Shown: piece by piece, positions 36,453 through 46,821 of the stretch
Numbering within the stretch: the stretch's first letter is position 1
Layout: every line of letters starts with the position of its first letter
NCBI GenBank assembly: GCA_963768215.1
Contig: CAVYHW010000006.1
Span: 426-64,425, forward strand
Reading direction: 5' to 3'
DNA: 64,000 nt
From: an uncultured Gammaproteobacteria bacterium
GTDB taxonomy: Bacteria > Pseudomonadota > Gammaproteobacteria > SZUA-229
Translations under genes and position numbers: made by a program
Notes under the pieces: generated by a model
The model's database searches: none
What the model was told of the DNA's origin: nothing
What the model saw: the letters and a program-made list of their open reading frames with translations, nothing else

Positions 36453-36983
36453 TTATTCAGGTATTCTGTTTAGTTCTGCATCGACATTAAGATCATCACA
36501 AACCTGCATGAAGGCATCGTTCAACTGCCCGATATCAGTCTCGGCTGGAACATCAATAGTCATTTGCAGAGCAAACATGGGTGAGCCTGTATGGGGCGCT
36601 GAATAACGCTTTGTGTGTAAATTCACAATATTTATATTTTGTTTTGAAAAGAAACGGGTAATGTTATGCACAATGCCGGGGTTATCCAGTGCGGTTACGT
36701 CGACATAATAGGGAATGACGTTGCCTATTGTGGCAGGTTCGGTAGTGGGTTTTATTAACAGGTGCATTTGTAATGCCTGTTCTATATTGTTTAACTGTGA
36801 CTGCAATGCATCAAGGGATGACTGTTCTCCGCCAACCAGCAATAAAATGGCAAACTCACCACCGAGTACTGTCATGCGGCTATCTTCAATATTCAGTGCA
36901 TGATCATAAATAATATTACTGAGCTCATCGACAATACCGGGACGATCTGCAGTAAGTGCTGAAATAACAAGTTTTGTTGTCAT
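36453..36983 (-). CDS. gcvR: GcvR-like tandem ACT-domain protein
   Basis: LVISALTADRPGIVDELS...NIEDSRMTVLGGEFAILLLV. Conserved bcp-gcvR-dapA neighbourhood. Confidence 0.75.
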   Translation of the reverse strand: MTTKLVISALTADRPGIVDELSNIIYDHALNIEDSRMTVLGGEFAILLLVGGEQSSLDALQSQLNNIEQALQMHLLIKPTTEPATIGNVIPYYVDVTALDNPGIVHNITRFFSKQNINIVNLHTKRYSAPHTGSPMFALQMTIDVPAETDIGQLNDAFMQVCDDLNVDAELNRIPE

Positions 36984-37109
36984 GTTTTTTTTGAGTAAAC
37001 ACTGGGTCGCGATTAAGAGGCTACAGTGTAAACAAAAAATACTGAAACAAAAAGACCTGTTTAAGAAAGGCCAGTAAAATATCTACCCAAAATACCTCAC
37101 CCGCAGGTG

Positions 37110-37484
37110 TCATGCATGGCTGAGTTCAGACAGTTCCCTGGTTAGCAAAGTCGGGTCATTGCTATTTAACTCGATCAGGCGACGCAAGTGTTGCAGACTG
37201 TTTATGTCAATTTGCAACCATTTTAGTCCCCAGTGTTCATTTTCGTGATGGGTTATATTTACGCGGGCGTGGATAGAGATTTCTTCACCAAGAAATAGCG
37301 CCATGCCGCAGGGTTTGCTCAGGTCAATGTCCAGATTGTCCGGTGGTTCTACCAGCATTCCTTTGAGTGAAATGTCCAGCAGATTACAGCTCCATTCTTC
37401 ATTACCACATTGCATTAGAATTTCTGCATTAAAAGGGATGCGGCTACAACAGCGACGTTCTGATTTGTTTAATTTTGTATGCAT
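37110..37484 (-). CDS. PilZ-domain protein
   Basis: 124 aa. RRCCSRIPF ... LDISLKGMLV (RxxxR / DxSxxG). Confidence 0.7.
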   Translation of the reverse strand: MHTKLNKSERRCCSRIPFNAEILMQCGNEEWSCNLLDISLKGMLVEPPDNLDIDLSKPCGMALFLGEEISIHARVNITHHENEHWGLKWLQIDINSLQHLRRLIELNSNDPTLLTRELSELSHA

Positions 37485-37673
37485 TTATATAACTCTCTTA
37501 TTATGCGACCTTTAGAAATTTCATGGTATGCATGTACTGAGTATGGCGAGTGATTTGCCAATACCTGAAAGGCGCCTATAAATAGTAGTAAATTATTCGT
37601 GTTTCGCAATATAAATCATTGAAAAAAAGGTGAAATGTTGATTAACTGGTTGCCTTATTTTTAGGGGTTTTTA

Positions 37674-38612
37674 ATGTATAAAAGCGGCATGTTTAGAGGC
37701 AGTATGGTTGCATTGGTCACGCCAATGCAGGTCGATGGTGCTGTCGACTTTCAAAGTCTGGCTAATCTGGTTGAGTTTCACATAGAAAATAACACCTCGG
37801 CGATTGTGTCGATGGGAACTACCGGTGAGTCTGCCACGCTAAACATGGATGAACACTGTGAAGTGATCGCGCGCACCGTGGAACTGGTGAAGGGCAGGAT
37901 TCCTGTTATTGCCGGTACCGGCGCGAACTCAACCTGGGAAGCGATTGAACTAACACACTGTGCACAGCAGGGTGGCGCAGATGCCTGCCTGCTGGTTACG
38001 CCGTATTACAACAAACCAACACAGCTGGGCCTGTATCTGCACCACAAAAAAATTGCTGAAACGGTCGATATTCCTCAGATTCTATATAATGTGCCGGGCC
38101 GTACCGCCTGTGATATGTTGCCGGAAACCGTTAACAAGCTGTCAGCAATCGATAACATCATCGGCATTAAAGATGCTACCGGTGACCTTAATCGCCTGTC
38201 GGAAACTCAGAAACTGCTAGCTGATACAGAGTTTTACCAGTACAGTGGGGATGATGCAACCGGTACGGAATTTATGCTGCGTGGCGGCCATGGTGTTATT
38301 TCGGTAACCAGCAATGTTGCGCCTAAAGCCATGGCGGCGATGTGTGAGGCTGCACTGGCGGGCAATCGTGAGCTGGCAGAATCCATAAATCAGCCTTTAA
38401 CCGGTCTGCATTCTCTACTATTTCTTGAAGCTAATCCTATTCCGGTCAAATGGGCGCTGTGTGAAATGAAACTTATTCCACCTGGAATACGTCTACCAAT
38501 GACAGTGCTAGCTGAGCAATATCATCAGCCACTGCGTGAAGCTATGCACCAGGCCGGAGTGTTCAACCCGAATATCTCACAAGATCGCTCAAATCTGGAA
38601 TTATGTGAATGA
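37674..38612 (+). CDS. dapA: 4-hydroxy-tetrahydrodipicolinate synthase (C-terminal ~16 codons supplied by element F2)
   Basis: 312 aa. [10 protein letters not shown]...GTTGESATL...YNVPGRT. The tail [15 protein letters not shown] is read from the MITE. Confidence 0.95.
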   Translation: MYKSGMFRGSMVALVTPMQVDGAVDFQSLANLVEFHIENNTSAIVSMGTTGESATLNMDEHCEVIARTVELVKGRIPVIAGTGANSTWEAIELTHCAQQGGADACLLVTPYYNKPTQLGLYLHHKKIAETVDIPQILYNVPGRTACDMLPETVNKLSAIDNIIGIKDATGDLNRLSETQKLLADTEFYQYSGDDATGTEFMLRGGHGVISVTSNVAPKAMAAMCEAALAGNRELAESINQPLTGLHSLLFLEANPIPVKWALCEMKLIPPGIRLPMTVLAEQYHQPLREAMHQAGVFNPNISQDRSNLELCE

Positions 38613-38853
38613 TTATTAAGAAAAAATTTAGTATATTAGGAAAGTGCACTATGTGCTTGATATCGCTATGCAGTTTTTGGAAAAATCTCAGCGGCCCCAG
38701 AATTAATTTATTTTGGGTACGATTCCCCTGTAACCATAGCTATGGCTATGCCCATAACGTCATTATGGGGCGAATCGTAAAAACTGACTCACTGAGCGAT
38801 GTTGAAAAAAACATGGCCCAAAATTCTGCATTCTTATGACATATCCAGGTTAA
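38565..38853 (+). mobile_element. MITE-like element, family F (copy 2), between dapA and bamC
   Basis: Diverged left end AACCCGAATATCTCACAAGA; right end TTCTTATGACATATCCAGGTTAA. The core is the same as in copies 1 and 3. Confidence 0.7.
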
Positions 38854-38856
38854 TCA

Positions 38857-39987
38857 ATGAAGTTAATTAATTTAAGAGTAATAGGCACAGTTTCGATGGT
38901 GCTAACGGTCTCATCCTGTGGCTTATTCGGTGGAGATGAGCGCCCGGTTTACCAGGGTGCACAATATTATAAAAACCTGGAAGTACCGCCTGATCTTACT
39001 GCGCCGGATACCGGCGCCCAGCTTGGTGTAGCAAAACCAACAGACGAAGCGTTGCAGCGTTTTCGTGATAACAACAAACTGGAAACTGTGATTACACCAA
39101 AATTTGATGGTGTACGCGTGGTGAATTATGCCGGTAATAGCTGGATTGAAGTCGACAACCCTGTTGATTTTGTGTGGTCAAAATTACATGAATTCTGGGA
39201 GGCGGAGGGTACTGAACTTGTCGAAGACCGCCCCTTACTTGGTTTTATGGAAACCGAGTGGGTCGAGCGCCTGGATGCTGACTCGGGTTTTTTTAGATCA
39301 CTGTTGCAGAAACTGGAACCGGACCAGAAAGACAAGTTTCGTGTACGCGTAGAAGCTTTTGACAATAACCAGAAAACGCGGCTATATATTGCGCATTCAA
39401 GAATTGAGCGAATTGTTTTTGGTGAGTATGCTGATGAGTATATCTGGCAGTCTCTGCCAGGTGATTTAGAAGCTGAACGTGAGATCATTTCACGTATGGC
39501 TTTATTTGCAGGCTTAAGCAAAGAGAATATGCTGCAGCTACTGGACAATTATCGCCCTTATAGTTCTTTAGTTAAAGTTGACCGTACAAATACGACTGCA
39601 TTGAGCATGAAAGGCAGTATGGAATTTGTCTGGCGGCGAACAATGCGAGCACTGGATCGTATGCGCATGCAGGACATTCGTGAAGATAAAGAAAACAGCA
39701 CCATTCATTTCGTGGTTTCTAAACTTTCTACTGAAGAGCTGGATGTGGAAGAAGATGAATTGTCAAAATCCAGCTGGATTATGCAGTGGCTTACTGGTGA
39801 TGCTGAGAAAGATCTCGCGACAAACAAAAAGCGCCAGTATCGCCTTGAGTTCACGGATGACAATGGCCGTATTCAAATTCAGGTAAAAGACGCAAGGAAT
39901 ACACAATCAACGGATGATGATGGTGATGTGTACGGCACCGCACTTGCTGAGCAGATAAGAAATCTACTGGTTGAAAAACTCGAGTAA
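38857..39987 (+). CDS. bamC: outer-membrane assembly lipoprotein BamC (NlpB)
   Basis: 376 aa. Lipobox TVSSCG. Positioned after dapA as in E. coli. Confidence 0.8.
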   Translation: MKLINLRVIGTVSMVLTVSSCGLFGGDERPVYQGAQYYKNLEVPPDLTAPDTGAQLGVAKPTDEALQRFRDNNKLETVITPKFDGVRVVNYAGNSWIEVDNPVDFVWSKLHEFWEAEGTELVEDRPLLGFMETEWVERLDADSGFFRSLLQKLEPDQKDKFRVRVEAFDNNQKTRLYIAHSRIERIVFGEYADEYIWQSLPGDLEAEREIISRMALFAGLSKENMLQLLDNYRPYSSLVKVDRTNTTALSMKGSMEFVWRRTMRALDRMRMQDIREDKENSTIHFVVSKLSTEELDVEEDELSKSSWIMQWLTGDAEKDLATNKKRQYRLEFTDDNGRIQIQVKDARNTQSTDDDGDVYGTALAEQIRNLLVEKLE

Positions 39988-40120
39988 TAACTATAAAGGT
40001 AGCTATTCTGGTAATAGTATACTCATATGGGCAATCTATTCTTAATGTCCTTTTTGTTTTTGAGAAGGCTTGTCCAGGGCCTGTCCTGGTACTTCAATAA
40101 ACAGTTGTCGGAGATGTATT

Positions 40121-41317
40121 ATGAATAAATTTCTACCCATGCCAGATGAGAATGGTTATTTTGGTGAATATGGCGGCCAGCTGCTTCCACCTGAACTCAA
40201 AGCAATCATGGACCAGATCAATGATGCCTATGATGAAGTAAGCAACAGCGACAGCTTTAAAGAGGAACTTGATGATCTGTATAGACATTATGTCGGTCGC
40301 CCCAGCCCTCTATTTTTTGCCAGACGCCTTACCGAAAAACTGGGAGGGGCAAGGATATTTTTAAAGCGTGAAGATTTAAATCATACCGGCGCCCACAAGA
40401 TTAACCACTGTTTAGGTGAGGCATTGCTGGCCAAACATATGGGTAAGACCAAGGTGCTTGCTGAGACAGGTGCTGGACAGCATGGTGTTGCACTCGCCAC
40501 TGCCTGTTCACTGGTTGGTATCGATTGCGAAATTCATATGGGTGAAATTGATATTCATAAACAACACCCTAATGTTACTAAAATGAAAATCCTTGGCTGT
40601 AAGCTGGTTCCGGTAACAAGTGGAACCAGAACGCTCAAGGACGCGGTCGATAGTGCCTTCGAGGAGTATCTCTCCAATCCGGTCGACTTCTTTTACGCCA
40701 TTGGCTCGGTCGTCGGGCCACACCCGTTCCCTAAAATGGTGCGTGACTTCCAGAGCATTGTTGGTAACGAAGCACGTGCCCAGTTTCTTGAGATGGAAGG
40801 CAAGCTTCCCGATACCATTATGGCCTGTGTCGGCGGTGGATCTAATGCCATTGGTCTTTTTACTGCCTTTCTTAATGATGACTCAGTTGACATCGTCGGT
40901 GTTGAACCTGCCGGGCTAGGTCTTGATACAGCGGATCACGCGGCCACAATGACTAAGGGTGTGAAAGGCGCTATTCACGGTTTTGAGTGTTACAACCTGC
41001 AGGATAACGAAGGTAACCCTCTGCCGGTTTACTCCATCGCCTCTGGCCTCGATTATCCTGGTGTCGGGCCGCAGCACTGTTATCTGAAAGACATTAAACG
41101 GGTACGTTATGAGACTGCTGACGATAAGGAATGTCTCGATGCCTTTATGCAGCTGTCACGCACGGAAGGCATTATCCCTGCACTGGAGAGCGCGCACGCT
41201 GTTGCCTATGCAATGAAGATAGCGGGCGATATGGACAAGGATAAAACAATCCTGATTAACCTCTCTGGGCGCGGTGATAAAGACGCTGACTTTGTAGCGG
41301 AAAAGCTCGGATTATAA
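40121..41317 (+). CDS. trpB: tryptophan synthase beta chain (stand-alone)
   Basis: [14 protein letters not shown]...[14 protein letters not shown]...GGGSNAIG. No trpA adjacent. ATG at 40121 preferred. Confidence 0.9.
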   Translation: MNKFLPMPDENGYFGEYGGQLLPPELKAIMDQINDAYDEVSNSDSFKEELDDLYRHYVGRPSPLFFARRLTEKLGGARIFLKREDLNHTGAHKINHCLGEALLAKHMGKTKVLAETGAGQHGVALATACSLVGIDCEIHMGEIDIHKQHPNVTKMKILGCKLVPVTSGTRTLKDAVDSAFEEYLSNPVDFFYAIGSVVGPHPFPKMVRDFQSIVGNEARAQFLEMEGKLPDTIMACVGGGSNAIGLFTAFLNDDSVDIVGVEPAGLGLDTADHAATMTKGVKGAIHGFECYNLQDNEGNPLPVYSIASGLDYPGVGPQHCYLKDIKRVRYETADDKECLDAFMQLSRTEGIIPALESAHAVAYAMKIAGDMDKDKTILINLSGRGDKDADFVAEKLGL

Positions 41318-41636
41318 TTGCTGTGTAAACAACTGAATATACTTTACAGCTGCCAGCGTTGTAATATAAATCTAAATCAGATAATCTTGACTGTCCGTTT
41401 TCTGGTACGGGGCTTGTTGTGCCTGAAAGAAACGATATTGAAATAGTCTAAGCGGTTGCCATGCTGCAATCAGTGAGGATCACTGTTTTGTCCATATCTT
41501 TTCCAAAATATTAATTATCCAGCCAGTCTTGAAAATCAAATAAGGATACACATTTTGTGTGTACTAAGCTCAAATATTTTTAAAAAATATAAAGCCAGTC
41601 AGCTGGTTTAACTTGACTTATTTTTAGGAGTGAAAA

Positions 41637-43079
41637 ATGAAAGCAAGAAGTCTACCAGTCCTCTTGTTATTGACATCACTAGCTTTTTCCCCGGCTTATG
41701 CAAAAGATGATGGTATTGAAAGCCTGCGCCAAACGAGTAAATCTTTTGCCTCTGTTGCCAAAGCGGTGTCACCTTCGGTGGTGTTTATTGAAGTGGAATC
41801 CAGTGCGCCAGTGGCTGACATCACACCATTTGGTGATGATTTTTTAAAACACTTTTTTGGCGAATCATTCCCTGGATTGCAACCTAAGAAACAAATGCCT
41901 GAGAGACAACGGCGTGCTCTTGCCCATGGTTCAGGTTTTGTGTTTAAGACAAAAGACGGACTATTATCCGACACAATATATATCATAACGAATAACCATG
42001 TGGTTAAAGACGCCGATAAAATCAGGGTGACTTTTAAAGATGGCAGCGAATATGATGCCAGAATTACAGGACGTGATCCTCAATCCGATGTAGCGGTGAT
42101 TGAAATTAACAATGGTGATTTACCAGTGCTGGAATTAGGTGATTCATCTAAACTGGAAGTAGGGGACTGGGTGGTTGCTATTGGTAATCCCTTTGGCTTA
42201 AGTCATACACTGACAGTTGGTGTGGTCAGTGCAAAAGGCCGTACCAGCCTGGGCATCAATGATTATGAAGACTTTATTCAAACCGATGCGGCAATCAATC
42301 CTGGAAATTCAGGAGGCCCGCTGGTCGATTTAGATGGCAGGGTTGTAGGTATTAATACGGCAATATTTACTCGTGGCGGTGGTGGTTATATGGGTATAGG
42401 CTTTGCCATTCCCATAAACATGGCCAAAGATATTGCCAGTCAGTTAATAAATGAAGGGGAAGTTTCACGTGGCCACCTGGGTATCGTTATTCAGTCCCTT
42501 ACCGCTGAGTTAGCTGAATCATTTGATTTAAAAAATAAGCAGGGCATTCTTATTTCAGATGTAATGGAGGATTCGCCTGCAGCGAAAGCCGGTTTAAAAC
42601 GGGGTGATATCATTATTGCATATCGTGGTAAACATATTACCGATATCGGCGATTTTCGTAATCAGGTATCACTAACATCTCCCGGCAATAAGGAAGAACT
42701 AACCATTATTCGCGATGGCAGAGAGATTAACATGATGGTTACTATCGGCAAACGAGAAGATGAGCAAATACTGGCCAGAGGGCCAACACAAAGCACAGAG
42801 CAACTCGGCCTGACGGTACAAACCATCACACAGGAGCTGGCCAGACAATTTAATGCTAAAGCAGGTGAAGGTGTTGTCGTTACTCAGGTCCAGCAGGGTT
42901 CTATCTCAGCAATGGCAGGCATTAAAGTAGGTACGGTTATTTTACAGGTTGATCGTAAAGCAGTTAAAAGTGCAGACGATTTTATGCGCGAACTCAATAA
43001 TGCCAGTAAAAATAAGCGTGTCCTGTTATTGCTACGTATGGGCAATGCTCAGCATTTTGTCGTTTTGAACTGGGAATAA
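41637..43079 (+). CDS. degP: DegP/DegQ-family periplasmic serine endoprotease (two PDZ domains)
   Basis: 480 aa. ...TNNHVV..., ...DVAVIE..., GNSGGPLVD. Confidence 0.9.
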   Translation: MKARSLPVLLLLTSLAFSPAYAKDDGIESLRQTSKSFASVAKAVSPSVVFIEVESSAPVADITPFGDDFLKHFFGESFPGLQPKKQMPERQRRALAHGSGFVFKTKDGLLSDTIYIITNNHVVKDADKIRVTFKDGSEYDARITGRDPQSDVAVIEINNGDLPVLELGDSSKLEVGDWVVAIGNPFGLSHTLTVGVVSAKGRTSLGINDYEDFIQTDAAINPGNSGGPLVDLDGRVVGINTAIFTRGGGGYMGIGFAIPINMAKDIASQLINEGEVSRGHLGIVIQSLTAELAESFDLKNKQGILISDVMEDSPAAKAGLKRGDIIIAYRGKHITDIGDFRNQVSLTSPGNKEELTIIRDGREINMMVTIGKREDEQILARGPTQSTEQLGLTVQTITQELARQFNAKAGEGVVVTQVQQGSISAMAGIKVGTVILQVDRKAVKSADDFMRELNNASKNKRVLLLLRMGNAQHFVVLNWE

Positions 43080-43097
43080 TTCAGGATGGTCAATAAT

Positions 43098-43119
43098 ATT
43101 AGTGTTAACAGGCCCTATT
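43098..43119. repeat. solo terminal repeat of family G
   Basis: ATTAGTGTTAACAGGCCCTATT. Confidence 0.6.
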
Positions 43120-43144
43120 TATCATAAATCTGAAATATACTCCA

Positions 43145-43172
43145 GGCCCAACATCTGTTGGGCCTTTTGTTT
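43145..43172 (+). terminator. rho-independent terminator after degP
   Basis: GGCCCAAC-atct-GTTGGGCC followed by TTTTGTTTTT. Confidence 0.75.
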
Positions 43173-43312
43173 TTAACAAAGCCGTAAAAGCGGGCAAGTT
43201 TTTCCGCTTATGTGATTTTCTTCCGATTGGTTGATATTAATCAATATTTTTACAGTGTATTATCTGCAAACTAGTAAATTCATTGTTTAACCAGACGAAT
43301 AAGGGAAAAGCC

Positions 43313-43798
43313 ATGAGTCATATACATCAAATCGTTAATAACTGTACAACCTTGCTGAAAGAAGATATTAGTGAACAGGAATGTGAGATTCTCTCAGATG
43401 CATTTCAGTTACGTAAACTCGCTGTAGATGAGATTTTACTGCGTGAAGGTGAACAGGATGATAGCTTATCGATCATCGTTGAAGGAGACATTGCAGTGAC
43501 ACGTGAGACGGGTGGTGATGAACATGTTACCCTGCATCATCTGAAAGCCGGTGACATTGCGGGTGCAATGGGCTTCATCGACGGCAGCAGTCATACAGCG
43601 ACACTACGTGCAACCAAAGACTCACATGTCATTACCCTGCATCGTGACGTACTGGAAGGCATGATTAATGCTCACCCGCAACTGGTGTACAAGGTGATGA
43701 GAATGATCGTTCGATCTGTTCACAAGACACTGCTCAGGATGGACCAGCAATTTGTGCAGATGAACAATTACATTATGCAGGAACATGGACGATACTGA
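43313..43798 (+). CDS. cyclic-nucleotide-binding-domain protein
   Basis: 161 aa from the ATG at 43313 (AAGGGA RBS). ...GDIAGAMGFIDGSSHTATLRA. Confidence 0.7.
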   Translation: MSHIHQIVNNCTTLLKEDISEQECEILSDAFQLRKLAVDEILLREGEQDDSLSIIVEGDIAVTRETGGDEHVTLHHLKAGDIAGAMGFIDGSSHTATLRATKDSHVITLHRDVLEGMINAHPQLVYKVMRMIVRSVHKTLLRMDQQFVQMNNYIMQEHGRY

Positions 43799-43847
43799 GC
43801 GCACATTGATTACAGCTGCAGCATAATCAGGCCCAGGCCCTGGATCA

Positions 43848-44663
43848 TTAGTTTAAATCATCACATTGTTCGGGAAACAACTGGTATGTTTTTCCAGTGA
43901 GGTAGTAAGCCAGCAGCCCGAGCCACTCATGTGATGCTAGTACCAGATGGTTTGCATGTTCTATTAAACCATATCCAGACTGGTAAGGTTGTGAGGGCGA
44001 TGTCTGGTGATCGACCGGGTAAGGTATGACTTTCCAGTTTTGCTGGCAAAAAACACCTATGGCCCTGGGCATATGAAATGCGCTGGTTATCAAAATCCAG
44101 GTTTCATCCGGTTGCGGGCTGACCAGTTGTCTGGTGTAGCTTGCATTTTCTGCGGTGTTTCTGGCTTTGTTCTCTATTAATAAACGTTCCGGAGACAGGC
44201 CAGCTGTTAAAAAATATGTTTCAGCTATTTGAGCTTCTGTTGGCCTGTTCCTGTTGGTGCTTGCATTTCCACCGCTAAAAACTAGCCTGGCATCAGGATA
44301 CCGTTTACTCAGTTCGATAAAACTACTTAAACGCTCATGGAACTGATTGGTTTCAAGCTGTTGCCATTCGATACTTCTATCGGGAACAATTGCCCCACCT
44401 AACACAATAATGCCATCTACCTGTTCAGGTAGCTCAGGATTATGCTGGAAACGGCCCTCCAGCGGATAGAGCATCCAGTCACCAACTGAGAAAAAGCTTA
44501 AAAACAGCATGCAGAATGTTAGTAAACCGAGAAGAAAGGTTGCTTTTTTCGTTTGCCTCAAAAGGAATAATAACAGGCAGAGCGTTAATAAAATAACAAA
44601 AAGACTGTCTGGTGTTAACAGTGTCCAGAGTTTTTTTGATAAATAAAAAAAGATTTCGTCCAT
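43848..44663 (-). CDS. DUF218 (YdcF/ElyC/SanA-like) protein
   Basis: 271 aa with N-terminal TM segments. GIIVLGGA...LVFSGG...TSAFHMPRA. Confidence 0.75.
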   Translation of the reverse strand: MDEIFFYLSKKLWTLLTPDSLFVILLTLCLLLFLLRQTKKATFLLGLLTFCMLFLSFFSVGDWMLYPLEGRFQHNPELPEQVDGIIVLGGAIVPDRSIEWQQLETNQFHERLSSFIELSKRYPDARLVFSGGNASTNRNRPTEAQIAETYFLTAGLSPERLLIENKARNTAENASYTRQLVSPQPDETWILITSAFHMPRAIGVFCQQNWKVIPYPVDHQTSPSQPYQSGYGLIEHANHLVLASHEWLGLLAYYLTGKTYQLFPEQCDDLN

Positions 44664-44715
44664 TGATGGCTAGTCGCTCAGGGCTGATAATGGTCGGGTT
44701 GACTGGTCGATGTGA

Positions 44716-45273
44716 CTACCACATCAGGTCATCAGGTATTTTATAATCCGAATACGGGTCATTTTCATCGGGCGTATCCTGATTTTCCAGTTCCTGCTGC
44801 GGATTGAAGATAACAACACGTTTTTCATTTCGTTGCTGGATTTTTTCAGCAATGTGAAGCGGTACTAATTCATAGCGGCCTTCAATTCGTGCGATGCCTG
44901 ATCCGCCTTTTATGATCTGCTGTTTCTGTTCTTCATTGACATAGATGCGTTTGATTTTTTTATTGTGTTCGAAGTTGTAGACGATGTCACAGCTTTCATC
45001 TCGGCTTAAACAGTTATTCAAAATGAGTTGATTAATTTCGATAGAGATTGCTTTTTGACGCGCCTGCTCCTGTTTTTTCCTGTTTAATTCACGATCACGT
45101 TTTGCTTTTTCTTCAGCCGCCTGTTGCACTTTGAGCTGAGCTTCATTAACGGTTTTTTCTTTTTTAGAGTGCTGTTGCCTGTTTTTTCTGCTTTTGTCCT
45201 GATTGGCTTTCTGCACCTGTTTTTTGGTGACCAGGCCAGCTTTTAGCAGTTGCTCCTGAAACGGGTTGTTCAT
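44716..45273 (-). CDS. DUF2058 (YaiL-like) protein
   Basis: 185 aa. FQEQLLKAGLVTKKQ followed by a Lys/Gln/Glu-rich helix. Confidence 0.7.
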   Translation of the reverse strand: MNNPFQEQLLKAGLVTKKQVQKANQDKSRKNRQQHSKKEKTVNEAQLKVQQAAEEKAKRDRELNRKKQEQARQKAISIEINQLILNNCLSRDESCDIVYNFEHNKKIKRIYVNEEQKQQIIKGGSGIARIEGRYELVPLHIAEKIQQRNEKRVVIFNPQQELENQDTPDENDPYSDYKIPDDLMW

Positions 45274-45336
45274 TCGATTAGACTCGTATTTGTGATGTTA
45301 CTTAAAAGCTTTTTGCCGCGAAGAGAAGCTTGTTTA

Positions 45337-45420
45337 GTCCACAGATAAACACAGATGAACACGGATGTTATTAAAAATAAAAAAGATTTTATCTGTGTTA
45401 ATCTGCGTTCATCTGTGGAT
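45337..45420. repeat. family A palindrome
   Basis: GTCCACAGATAAACACAGATGAACACGGAT ... ATCTGTGTTAATCTGCGTTCATCTGTGGAT. Confidence 0.8.
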
Positions 45421-45508
45421 ATTTTTTTTGCTTTTTTTACACGTTTTTGCGGCTAAGTGTTTTTGAATACTTTTACCGGCTGTCCTGCGTGGTAGTTTAT
45501 TGTTCTTT

Positions 45509-46351
45509 CTATCGGTTTTTTTCGATCAGTGCATAGGCTGAGTGGTTATGGATCGACTCAAAGTTTTCTGACTCTACTGTGTAAGAGAGTATACGTTGAT
45601 CAATGTTTAATTGATGCGCAATATCACGCACCATGTCTTCAACAAACTTTGGATTATCGTATGCACGTTCGGTAACAACTTTTTCATCCGGGCGTTTTAA
45701 CAGGCCATATAGTTCACAGGAAGCCTGTGATTCCACCAGGTCTATAATCTCTTCTACCCATATAAAGTCTTCAGTTTCGATATTTACGGTGACATGAGAA
45801 CGTTGATTATGTGCGCCACGATCAGATATTTTTTTCGAACACGGACACAGGCTGGTGACAGGAACAACTACCTTAATATTGATTATATTCTTGTTGTTTT
45901 TGCGCTCGCCAATAAAAGTAACTTCGTAATCAAGCAGGCTTTTAACACCGGAAGCAGGTGCAGTTTTGTTAATAAAGTAATGAAAGCTCATTTCTATGTG
46001 ACCAACTTCTGCATCCAGAAGATTGGTCATTTCGGCCAGCATTATCTTGAATGAATCAACCGTGATTTCCCAGTCATGATTGTTGAGAATTTCAACAAAA
46101 CGTGACATGTGTGTGCCTTTAAATTCGTGAGGCAACGCCACGTACATGTTGAAATTGGCTATAGTATGCTGGATTTTACCGGTACGGTCTTTTACCTGCA
46201 CAGGGTGGCGAATATCTTTGATACCTACTTTATTAATGGCAATTGCACGGGTGTCCGCGGTGTTCTGAACATCAGGTAATGTGCTAGTTGCCCCGGCTTT
46301 CTTATTACGGGCTTTATTTTCACGGGCCGTTTTTTCAGGGGTATTGGTCAT
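45509..46351 (-). CDS. folE2: GTP cyclohydrolase FolE2
   Basis: 280 aa. ...[23 protein letters not shown]... Confidence 0.9.
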   Translation of the reverse strand: MTNTPEKTARENKARNKKAGATSTLPDVQNTADTRAIAINKVGIKDIRHPVQVKDRTGKIQHTIANFNMYVALPHEFKGTHMSRFVEILNNHDWEITVDSFKIMLAEMTNLLDAEVGHIEMSFHYFINKTAPASGVKSLLDYEVTFIGERKNNKNIINIKVVVPVTSLCPCSKKISDRGAHNQRSHVTVNIETEDFIWVEEIIDLVESQASCELYGLLKRPDEKVVTERAYDNPKFVEDMVRDIAHQLNIDQRILSYTVESENFESIHNHSAYALIEKNR

Positions 46352-46737
46352 TATTCATTCTCTTCACTGTAACGAACACAGGCGCGCTCGGTTTCCCATA
46401 TCGTAAGCGCAGTCACTTTAATTTTGTCACTGTTTATACGAGCAGAAATCTCTTTGTACATATAGGCTGCGATGTTTTCTGCTGTTGGGTTAATTTCTTT
46501 AAAGGGTTCAAGATCATTCAGGTAACGATGGTCCAGGCCGTCACCGACTTCCCTGGCGGCCTGTTTCATAACTTTAAAATCAATGGCCATACCGACATTG
46601 TCTAGCTGAGCAGCCACAACCTCCAGTTCAACTTTCCAGTTGTGGCCATGCAAACGACTACACGCACCGGGATAATCCCGAAGCGTGTGGGCTGAAGCAA
46701 AATCTGTCACCACTTTCAGCTGGTAGCGAGCCGTCAT
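46351..46737 (-). CDS. queD: 6-carboxy-5,6,7,8-tetrahydropterin synthase
   Basis: 128 aa. [12 protein letters not shown] (Cx3HGH). Confidence 0.85.
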   Translation of the reverse strand: MTARYQLKVVTDFASAHTLRDYPGACSRLHGHNWKVELEVVAAQLDNVGMAIDFKVMKQAAREVGDGLDHRYLNDLEPFKEINPTAENIAAYMYKEISARINSDKIKVTALTIWETERACVRYSEENE

Positions 46738-46821
46738 TCGTTAATCTGCCTGAATAATACCTGAGTAAAACAGTAGGTATTTTATCCTGTTTAAGCTATA
46801 TAAGCAATTACTTAAATCAAA

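Noticed and set aside
37485-37673. A possible lysine riboswitch or leader upstream of dapA, and a trp-type leader upstream of trpB (39988-40120).
   Set aside because: No L-box-like conserved helices or motifs are present, and there is no Trp-codon leader peptide. The regions look like ordinary AT-rich promoters.
41318-41636. A sigmaE-type promoter (GGAACTT-N16-TCNAA) upstream of degP.
   Set aside because: Only partial matches with wrong spacing or overlapping the RBS, which is not supportable by eye.
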